Source of the DNA: Candidatus Saccharimonadota bacterium
Lineage (GTDB): Bacteria; Patescibacteriota; Saccharimonadia; Saccharimonadales; UBA4665
Direction of reading: 5' to 3'
DNA: 36,396 nt
NCBI GenBank assembly: GCA_028289045.1
Contig: JAQGHB010000051.1
Coordinates: forward strand, 1 to 36,396
Positions 29,542 to 36,396 of this stretch are shown piece by piece (position 1 is the stretch's first letter; each line of letters opens with the position of its first letter). The notes beneath the pieces were generated by a model, which was given only the letters and a program-made list of their open reading frames with translations, did not search any database and was not told the origin of the DNA. Both the position numbers and the translations under genes were made by a program.

Positions 29542-29669
29542 CAAAGCGTGCTATAGCTAAGCGTCGAATGCTCTTCGACCGCGTCGCCAGCTCACTGCTT
29601 ATTGTAATTGTTGTTGGCTACATCATTTTTCACTTGTATGGTTTTGCCACTTTTCTTGGCCACTTGTAA
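29538..29669 (+). CDS. 43-aa single-TM membrane micro-protein MTKRAIAKRRMLFDRVASSLLIVIVVGYIIFHLYGFATFLGHL (not in ORF track)
   Basis: ATGA overlap with the GT2 stop; basic N-terminus then hydrophobic helix; ends at 29669, abutting the convergent sortase stop. Confidence 0.6.
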   Translation: MTKRAIAKRRMLFDRVASSLLIVIVVGYIIFHLYGFATFLGHL

Positions 29670-30263
29670 CTAGACTTTTTGGAAGCCAACGAACGCGAAC
29701 TGATACATCTGGCGATTTTGGAACCAGCTGCCTGAACATGTCTGGATAGTTAATAGCGGGGCACCCTGGTACTCAAATATTGAAGTATCTGTAGGGTTCG
29801 TAGCGTAAGCGCCGATATAACGGTAGGTGAAAACGTAGCCATTTGTAGCTTTTACCTGAACGAGACTGCCATCTTTTATCAAATGTAGCCGTGCGAAGAC
29901 CTCAGCGCGATAGTGGCCGTATATGAGCGTGTTGCCGCGAGCATTATTAGGTATGACGCTAGGCGTGGCGAACTGGGCTTTGTCAGACGTCAGTGTCCAA
30001 GTGCCCTCTGCGCGATTGTAGTAGCCATTAATAACAGGCAGATCAATCCCAAGGTCTGGAATGATAATTTCAGCTGGCTGACCGCTCACCGTTACCGGCG
30101 GAAGTTTACTGGCGGCGGATGACATCTGTTTGATGTTGCCGGGATTAATACTGCCGGCATCGGTAGTCTGATAATAAATGGTTGGCGCGATGCCGACGAT
30201 GCCAAGCACGACAAGCAGCAGGCTCAGTTTAAGTATTTTTCGTGGTGGGAGATGTAAATTCAT
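29670..30263 (-). CDS. Sortase
   Basis: N-terminal TM anchor; IPDLGIDLPV; GNTLIYGH (catalytic His); LTIQTC (catalytic Cys); downstream Arg (QNRQ). Confidence 0.9.
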   Translation of the reverse strand: MNLHLPPRKILKLSLLLVVLGIVGIAPTIYYQTTDAGSINPGNIKQMSSAASKLPPVTVSGQPAEIIIPDLGIDLPVINGYYNRAEGTWTLTSDKAQFATPSVIPNNARGNTLIYGHYRAEVFARLHLIKDGSLVQVKATNGYVFTYRYIGAYATNPTDTSIFEYQGAPLLTIQTCSGSWFQNRQMYQFAFVGFQKV

Positions 30264-30319
30264 AATGAGTTTACAAGCAAAGAGGCAACACGAATAGTGT
30301 CACCTCTTTTACCTGCCTC

Positions 30320-30496
30320 TTAGCGAGTTGATCGCTGTCGGTAAGCCATAACGCCACTGACTGCGGTGCTGATCACACCGATAGCCAAAGCTGCCATAGC
30401 AACCCAGAAGAGAACGCGTGAGCTGCCAGTGTTTGGTAGTACAGCGATTGCTGCTCCACCGCCCAGGCCGCCAACTTTTGGTATAGAACCGCTCAT
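30320..30496 (-). CDS. 58-aa LPXTG micro-protein MSGSIPKVGGLGGGAAIAVLPNTGSSRVLFWVAMAALAIGVISTAVSGVMAYRQRSTR (not in ORF track)
   Basis: Hand-translated ATG 30496 to TAA 30320; SD AAAAGGAG; LPNTG, hydrophobic helix and basic tail; directly upstream of the sortase on the same strand. Confidence 0.88.
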   Translation of the reverse strand: MSGSIPKVGGLGGGAAIAVLPNTGSSRVLFWVAMAALAIGVISTAVSGVMAYRQRSTR

Positions 30497-30676
30497 TGGT
30501 GCTCCTTTTATTACTTATCGGCGAGCAATAGATTGCCTTTTCTTCTGCCGATATGTAACTGCCAGCATAGGAAAAGCCCACGGCTCCCTCGCTCGTCTTA
30601 AGCTGAGAATACTACATAAGTGCATAAATGTAAAGAGTAGTATTTAGTAAGCATGCTTAAGCTTAAATTTGCCGTA

Positions 30677-30704
30677 TTGACAAATAAGTAGAACGATGTA
30701 TAGT
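30677..30704 (+). promoter_or_regulatory. Sigma70-type promoter for the deacetylase gene
   Basis: Consensus TTGACA (30677-30682), 16-bp spacer, TATAGT (30699-30704). Confidence 0.7.
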
Positions 30705-30738
30705 TTATTGAAATACTACTTACTTAATAAGGCATAGC

Positions 30739-32742
30739 ATGAAGCGATTTTTCTTATTCCTAGCGACGTTTTTACTACTAACTGTGAGCGTTTTCCCTGC
30801 TGTCACAGTCTTTGCTGACACACCAGCCAACAATCTTATCTCTAATCCATCGCTTGAAGCTGCAGACGCAGCCAATCCTGCCGCGCCATCTGCCTGGCTA
30901 AAAGGTGGTTGGGGCAGCAACACTTCTTCGCTTTCCTACGCCTCCACCGGAAACACCGGCAGTCGTAGCGTCCGTGTCGACGTTACCAGCTATACCGATG
31001 GCGATGCCAAATGGTATTTCGCGCCAGTGGCCGTCACCGGTGGCAACCAGTACTCCTTCAGCGATTATTATCAGTCAAATGTCGCCACCAATCTGGTAGC
31101 TCAGTTTGATGATGGCGCTGGAAAGATGACCTACCAGAGCCTAGCGACCTTGCCGGCATCGAGCACCTGGAGTCCTGCTAATCTGGTATTTAAGGCGCCA
31201 GCAACTGCGCACAATGTCACCGTATTTCATCTTATAAGTAGTGTGGGTTGGTTGCAGACAGATGATTTCTCGCTCAGCGCCTATGCGCCAGCACCAGCTC
31301 CCACGGTGAGTATTACAGCTCCTTCTGCCAACACTTCGGTAAGCAATACGGTAGCACTCACTGCTAGTGCTACAGACACGACCGGTGTTGCTGGCGTACA
31401 ATTCAAGGTAGATGGTGCTGCAGTTGGCTCTGAAGATACGACAGCCCCCTATGCTGTTAACTGGGATAGCAACGCCGTCATAAACGGCCTGCACAGCCTG
31501 ACCGCTGTTGCCCGTAACACCTCTGGCCAAACCAGCACCTCGGCTCCTGTGCAGATTCTGGTGGCTAACAAAAACACCAGCACATCGAACGTCGTGCCTA
31601 ACAGCTCCCTGGAGACCACCGATCCTGCCAATGCCAAACTGCCACAGAGCTGGCAAAAAGGCGGTTGGGGCAGCAATACCACGGCCTGGACCTATCCATC
31701 GAACGGGCACACCGGCAGCCGTAGTGTCAAAGCGCAAATCAGCGCGTACACCAATGGCTCGGCATACTGGTACTACGGTGCTCAAAATGTGACCTCCGGC
31801 CAGGTATATCGCTTCACCGACTACTACAAATCCAATGCGATCAGTGACGTCGAGGCTGGCGTAACCATGGCCGATGGCAGTGTGCAGTATGTCTATATTG
31901 GCAGCCCATCACCCAGTTCAACCGCTTGGACTAAGTTTGACGCTACACTGACTATGCCAGTCGGTGCAGTCTCGGCCACTATCTACCACAGCATCAATAG
32001 CGTCGGCTGGGTACAGATAGATGATATGACAATGGCGCCATTTGCGTACCAAGGCTTCAACCGCCCGCTGGTCAGTATCACCATAGATGACGGCTATGCC
32101 AGCTCCTACACCAATGGTTTGCCCATTCTGAAGAAGTACGGCTTCACCTCGACCAACTACATCATCACTGGCTCGATCGGTACTGACCCGTACATGACTA
32201 AGGCCCAGCTCAAGCAAATGGCGGCCAGTGGTCAGGAAATTGGCTCACACACCGTTACTCATCCGGACTTGACTACCCTGAGTGCCACCAAAATGGATAA
32301 CGAGCTCAAGAAATCCCAGGCTTCACTGGTGTCTTGGCTTGGTGCCGGTGTGCCAATTAAGCAATTCGCATCGCCTTATGGTGCTTATAACGGCGCTGCC
32401 GTGGCTGACGCTCAGAAATATTACAGCACCTACCGTGGCGTGCAGGCTGGTTACAATGCCAAGAATAATTTTGATCCATACAACATCCGCGTTCAGAACC
32501 TGGTGAGTACTACCACCCAGGCTGAAGTCCAATCCTGGGTCGACACCGCCAAAGCCACTAATACCTGGCTCGTGCTGGTTTACCACCAGATTGATACCAA
32601 TCTTGCCTCTGATGATAGCCTGTACAATACACCGCCCGCAGACTTTGACGCCCAGTTGGCCTACATTAAAGCCAGCGGCATCGCCGTCAAGAACATCACT
32701 CAGGCTATGGCTGAGCTGACCCCTCAGCTGACCTCAAACTAA
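30739..32742 (+). CDS. Secreted polysaccharide deacetylase (CE4/NodB) with two CBM-like repeats and an Ig-like domain
   Basis: Signal peptide; duplicated N..LE..D.AN...P..W.KGGWGSNT modules; Ig-like PTVSITAP...GVAGVQFKVDG; NodB motifs ITIDDGY, EIGSHTVTHPDL, FASPYG, LVYH. Confidence 0.9.
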   Translation: MKRFFLFLATFLLLTVSVFPAVTVFADTPANNLISNPSLEAADAANPAAPSAWLKGGWGSNTSSLSYASTGNTGSRSVRVDVTSYTDGDAKWYFAPVAVTGGNQYSFSDYYQSNVATNLVAQFDDGAGKMTYQSLATLPASSTWSPANLVFKAPATAHNVTVFHLISSVGWLQTDDFSLSAYAPAPAPTVSITAPSANTSVSNTVALTASATDTTGVAGVQFKVDGAAVGSEDTTAPYAVNWDSNAVINGLHSLTAVARNTSGQTSTSAPVQILVANKNTSTSNVVPNSSLETTDPANAKLPQSWQKGGWGSNTTAWTYPSNGHTGSRSVKAQISAYTNGSAYWYYGAQNVTSGQVYRFTDYYKSNAISDVEAGVTMADGSVQYVYIGSPSPSSTAWTKFDATLTMPVGAVSATIYHSINSVGWVQIDDMTMAPFAYQGFNRPLVSITIDDGYASSYTNGLPILKKYGFTSTNYIITGSIGTDPYMTKAQLKQMAASGQEIGSHTVTHPDLTTLSATKMDNELKKSQASLVSWLGAGVPIKQFASPYGAYNGAAVADAQKYYSTYRGVQAGYNAKNNFDPYNIRVQNLVSTTTQAEVQSWVDTAKATNTWLVLVYHQIDTNLASDDSLYNTPPADFDAQLAYIKASGIAVKNITQAMAELTPQLTSN

Positions 32743-34010
32743 AAGCTATCGAACAGCCAAAAGTCGATGTGGTTATCGACGAGCTTGTTGACGAAATCAA
32801 TAAACACCATGGTGTTGTCGCTTGGTACTGGCGCGCCAGCTTTCCAGTACGACCAGTCTGTCCCTTCGCTGGTAGCAGACTTATCCTCGCTGAATAGATT
32901 CACTGATATATTAAAACCACTGGTCTGGAGGTTGCGTGCTTGCTGAACGACGCCGGTGAGCATGGCTTGTCGCTGCAGCGGGCTAACGCTGACCTGCTGG
33001 CTGGCGTTCTGAGCGTACATGCGCCCAAAGGTGCCCGTATTGAGCCAAATGCTGTGTGCACCGAGCTGCCGGGCGGCTTCAGAAGCCAGAGACGAGGCAA
33101 GATACTGCGCGGGATTATAGCTGGACGCCTGGTTAACGCCAGCCGCTGGAGCCCACGGAAAGCCCTGGTACCCAAAACTATCGATTAGGCCAACTGGAAT
33201 GTCTTTGACATAAGGTAGCAAGCTCACATACGAGCCACCGCCCCAATCAGTGCTACCAGCCGGATAGGATTGACTATCTAGTAGAATACTAGCCTGGCTG
33301 CCAGGAAAATATTTCTTTTGCAGATTAACTGTGCGCGTAATGTTGGGCGCGAAGTCGGCTGGATTGGTCGGGCCCCATTCGGGGTGATTTGCCTCCGGAA
33401 AGTACGCCCAGGTGCCCATGGATGCACTGGTTACACCTCGCTGCTGCAAACTCTGATAATATGCGTCCAGAATACTGTCGTAGGCACCCTGGCTGTAGCT
33501 ACGAAAATCAACCACGCCTCGTTCGTTTGTCGGCTCCATGACAACCAGCGGTTGCACACCGTAGTGTGCAAATTCCTGCAGAGTGCCAGCCATATCAGCT
33601 GCCGCGGCTGGTACATCCGATTGGGTTGTGGGGATGTTGGTAAAAAGCATGGCGTGGCTGGCAAGCGCGCCGCCATACACCTTTTCGTACTCGGCTAGTT
33701 TGCGGAGCACCAGGCTGGAGCTTTGCGCCATGCCGACGTGGGCTTGGGCGATGCTTCGAGGCGTTACAGGAGTTATTTGATTCACAGATGCTGTTAACGG
33801 GTTAGTTTTCTTGGCTTGAGAGGCTGTGGTTTTGGGTGACGAATTTTTCCGAGCTGAGGCTTTATCTGCGGTCAGTTGTTTATGATATGCCGCCAGGCCT
33901 GGCGCCGCCCCGTGTGCGAACAGGAGACTAAATAAAAACATACAGAAAGCAAAGCCCAGCAAGCTGTGCCTCAAGCCCACCTTGCCATGAGTTACTCTCC
34001 GTACGTGCAC
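32739..34010 (-). CDS. Membrane-anchored hypothetical protein, GH26/clan-A TIM-barrel-like
   Basis: N-terminal TM and linker; PLVVMEP, GAYDSIL, FPEANHPEW and IDSFG recall GH26 motifs; polysaccharide locus context. Confidence 0.5.
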   Translation of the reverse strand: MHVRRVTHGKVGLRHSLLGFAFCMFLFSLLFAHGAAPGLAAYHKQLTADKASARKNSSPKTTASQAKKTNPLTASVNQITPVTPRSIAQAHVGMAQSSSLVLRKLAEYEKVYGGALASHAMLFTNIPTTQSDVPAAAADMAGTLQEFAHYGVQPLVVMEPTNERGVVDFRSYSQGAYDSILDAYYQSLQQRGVTSASMGTWAYFPEANHPEWGPTNPADFAPNITRTVNLQKKYFPGSQASILLDSQSYPAGSTDWGGGSYVSLLPYVKDIPVGLIDSFGYQGFPWAPAAGVNQASSYNPAQYLASSLASEAARQLGAHSIWLNTGTFGRMYAQNASQQVSVSPLQRQAMLTGVVQQARNLQTSGFNISVNLFSEDKSATSEGTDWSYWKAGAPVPSDNTMVFIDFVNKLVDNHIDFWLFDSF

Positions 34011-34158
34011 CCCCCTAGTATACTAGCTTGTATGTAATTAATCTCATTGTTAGCCAAATCTGCTAATGGTAATCTTCTGCTAGAGACAACATCTCGATTT
34101 ACATAACAGTTTACCCGCGGGTACACCGGATATACCAAGCTAAGGTGAGGATTGCCAC

Positions 34159-35178
34159 ATGATAGATTTAACGGTCATAGTTCCGGCGTACAACGAAGCA
34201 GAATGCATCGGCTACACGATTGAATCTATCCAAAAACAAACCCTCCACCCAAAAGAGATAATCGTTGTGGATGATTTTTCGAACGACGGCACAGGTGACA
34301 TAGCTCGCTCTTATGGAGTCACGGTTATTCGGCCGCCAGCCAATACCGGTTCCAAAGCCGGTGCGCAGAACTTTGCCCTAAAAGAGGTAAAAACCAAGCT
34401 CGTCATGGTAACTGATGCCGACACGACTTTAGCGCCCGATGCCGTTAAACAGCTAGTGCCAGCCTTCCGGGAGCCCAGCGTGGCAGCGGCCTGCGGCTTT
34501 GTCATCCCCAAAAAAGTAACCACTGTTTGGGAGCGCGGGCGGTACATTGAATATTTATTTTCCTTTAGTTTTTATAAGCAGATTCAGGACTTTTATGGGA
34601 ACCCGCTGATATCGTCCGGCTGCTTATCCATGTATCGAACGCCGTATTTGCTAGAGGCCGGCGGGTGGTCTAACCGAACCATGGCCGAAGACATGGATTT
34701 AACCTGGAGCTTATACCTGCTGGGCTACCGGATCCGCTTTATACCTACCGCTATCTGCTACCCAATCGAGCCAGACACACTGTCGCTGATGCACAAGCAG
34801 CTCAAGCGTTGGTCGGCAGCATATTTACAAAACGTGCGATTACACTTCCGCGCAATTTCAAAGCTACCATTTTTGTTTACTGCCATGGCGGTATCTTTGA
34901 CTGACGCTCTGCTGAGTGCTTTGATCTACCTGATTGGCATTCCGCTCCTGATTCTGTTGGTCTCGCCGTGGTTTGGGCTTGGGTACATCCTGGACGCGCC
35001 AGTCATTCTGATTCCGACGCTGGTGATTGCTGCCAGGCGGCATGAGATTAAACAGGCTTTGACCAGCTTCCCTTCACTCTTCGTGTTGCGCATATTCAAC
35101 GGTTTTATTTTTTTGAAAGCAGTGCTGTTCGAAGTCGTACTACGGCAGCACCTCATAACGTACGAAAAGGGGCATTAA
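34159..35178 (+). CDS. Second processive GT2 polysaccharide synthase
   Basis: VPAYNE, VVDDFSND, SKAGAQN, TDAD, MAEDMD, QLKRW, C-terminal TM helices. Confidence 0.92.
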   Translation: MIDLTVIVPAYNEAECIGYTIESIQKQTLHPKEIIVVDDFSNDGTGDIARSYGVTVIRPPANTGSKAGAQNFALKEVKTKLVMVTDADTTLAPDAVKQLVPAFREPSVAAACGFVIPKKVTTVWERGRYIEYLFSFSFYKQIQDFYGNPLISSGCLSMYRTPYLLEAGGWSNRTMAEDMDLTWSLYLLGYRIRFIPTAICYPIEPDTLSLMHKQLKRWSAAYLQNVRLHFRAISKLPFLFTAMAVSLTDALLSALIYLIGIPLLILLVSPWFGLGYILDAPVILIPTLVIAARRHEIKQALTSFPSLFVLRIFNGFIFLKAVLFEVVLRQHLITYEKGH

Positions 35179-35181
35179 AGT

Positions 35182-35715
35182 ATGAATAATGGATTTAACG
35201 GAACGGGCACAGCGTTTATTTTGTATATTATTTTGGCATTTTGTATGCCGTTTGTGTATGTCTACCGGCTCACGAAGCGCCAAAAAGACTTTAGCTATAA
35301 ATTTGTAGCAGGTCATTTTTTGTTGGGCACCAGCGTAACGATCCTAGCAGTACTATGTGTCGGGTATTTATGGCGAATGCTAGCCATCAGCAAGCACGGC
35401 CATCTCCACCAAGCATTGGTTGCGATGGCCTACTTAGTAATCCTGACCATACTGACCTGGATTTTAATACCACGGCTGGTACGTGGCTCCTACCGCGTCA
35501 GGCGTAAGCAAGACGTGTTAAATTACAAAAATCCGCTGATAGAGCCGTGGTTCGTGCAACCGTACTACTACAAATTTACAAAACCTGTGCGTGTCCGTCG
35601 CGGTAAAAATATCGTCTTACTACGACCACGGATGCTGTACCTCCCGAAGCCGCCTGCTGGGTTAACACGACGATTCCAACTGGCATATAAAAATCATAGT
35701 CATCGTAGCACGTAG
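35182..35715 (+). CDS. Hypothetical membrane protein (3 TM, basic C-terminus)
   Basis: Three hydrophobic segments; starts 3 nt after the GT2 stop. Confidence 0.65.
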   Translation: MNNGFNGTGTAFILYIILAFCMPFVYVYRLTKRQKDFSYKFVAGHFLLGTSVTILAVLCVGYLWRMLAISKHGHLHQALVAMAYLVILTILTWILIPRLVRGSYRVRRKQDVLNYKNPLIEPWFVQPYYYKFTKPVRVRRGKNIVLLRPRMLYLPKPPAGLTRRFQLAYKNHSHRST

Positions 35716-35731
35716 GCCTGATCTTAATCTG

Positions 35732-36061
35732 CTAAACTGGCCAGGTAGATTGATCAGGGCCAAATAGTTTAGCTCTTGATTGCTGTGCCGTTGCCTGGTG
35801 TTCTTGCACTGTTCTTTCATTAGGGTTTGGTCCGTAAAGCTCATCGTATACTTCTGCCACAAGTTCTCGCATCGCATATGGGTCAACCGCTTCATCTGGT
35901 TGCTGCCCGTCGCTAAGCCCCTCTACAATAAGACTAGGTTGCCTCTTGTCCGCACTCGTTTGGACAAGAGGTAAGCTGGCGATTCTCTGTGCTATCGTTA
36001 ACGGCGGAGGGAGTTCGGCCGTAGCTGCATTCTCTTTTGGAAGTCTGTTAAATAATCTCAT
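35732..36061 (-). CDS. Hypothetical protein
   Basis: 109-aa ATG ORF filling the gap; no recognisable motif. Confidence 0.5.
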   Translation of the reverse strand: MRLFNRLPKENAATAELPPPLTIAQRIASLPLVQTSADKRQPSLIVEGLSDGQQPDEAVDPYAMRELVAEVYDELYGPNPNERTVQEHQATAQQSRAKLFGPDQSTWPV

Positions 36062-36070
36062 ACTATAACT

Positions 36071-36396
36071 CTAGTAAATTTGTTTCAGACGTGGCACACC
36101 TTGATCATCAAGCGAGCCGATCTCAGGCTCATCTCTACATGCAGAAGTGCTCGCTAGTATCCAGTCTATCGGCTCAAAGATACCGACATGGAGGGCGCGA
36201 TCGCTAAGCGGACCGTGTTCTAGCGGATTGTTGGGAAGTTGCCCTGCTGGCAACGGAATAGTGACTCGCCAGCTGTCTCCTTCGGGGTGCGTTTTAATAG
36301 CAAGTTCATCTGGCGGATGGTTGCTGTAGTCATAGGGGTTGAAATAGCCCGTCACGAGGCAGTCGACAGCCCTCACCGGCTTAAACTGAAAGCCTG
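36071..36396 (-). CDS. Hypothetical protein, 5' end outside the window
   Basis: The frame stays open from the window edge to the stop at 36071. Confidence 0.5.
   Translation of the reverse strand, partial: GFQFKPVRAVDCLVTGYFNPYDYSNHPPDELAIKTHPEGDSWRVTIPLPAGQLPNNPLEHGPLSDRALHVGIFEPIDWILASTSACRDEPEIGSLDDQGVPRLKQIY

Noticed and set aside
30309..30581. 90-aa minus-strand ORF and the overlapping 93-aa plus-strand ORF (30366-30647)
   Set aside because: No motif or SD; another frame (30320-30496) gives a clean SD plus LPNTG-TM-basic tail.
30555..30600. c-di-GMP-I riboswitch resemblance on the minus strand
   Set aside because: Only the 3' hairpin is loosely similar; the conserved GGCAAA, GAAA tetraloop and GCAAA elements are missing.

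Overview
Gene-dense bacterial DNA in the standard code (TGA is a stop). The compact layout, very short intergenic gaps and gene content suggest a Patescibacteria/CPR genome, probably Saccharibacteria; this is inference, as no marker gene is present. There are three blocks. (1) 1-19.4 kb is a mosaic de novo purine cluster: animal-like long GuaA, PurA, two archaeal-type PurP paralogs, large PurL, PurM, PurE, PurK, PurC, PurB and PurN, interspersed with an MFS pump, a SOD and a cupin/HAD/kinase trio. (2) 19.7-28.2 kb holds two cohesin surface proteins (one also with FN3 repeats and a dockerin), then the most interesting locus. On the minus strand it reads: OmpR response regulator, an unannotated 38-aa peptide with a C-terminal Trp (MNELLQTVLTDVSARDAASMPDLASSMAETFTPWADVA), a perfect hairpin, a polytopic histidine kinase, a fused class II terpene cyclase/ComQ-like prenyltransferase, and a polyprenyl-PP synthase. 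This looks like a ComQXPA-analogous signalling system whose pheromone may carry a cyclised terpenoid. (3) 28.3-36.4 kb is a cell-envelope locus: two processive GT2 synthases, a CBM-bearing polysaccharide deacetylase, a GH26-like protein, and a sortase next to an unannotated 58-aa micro-protein that is almost entirely an LPNTG sorting signal. I saw no rRNA, tRNA, CRISPR array or mobile element. Family assignments come from motif recognition and memory, not database searches.
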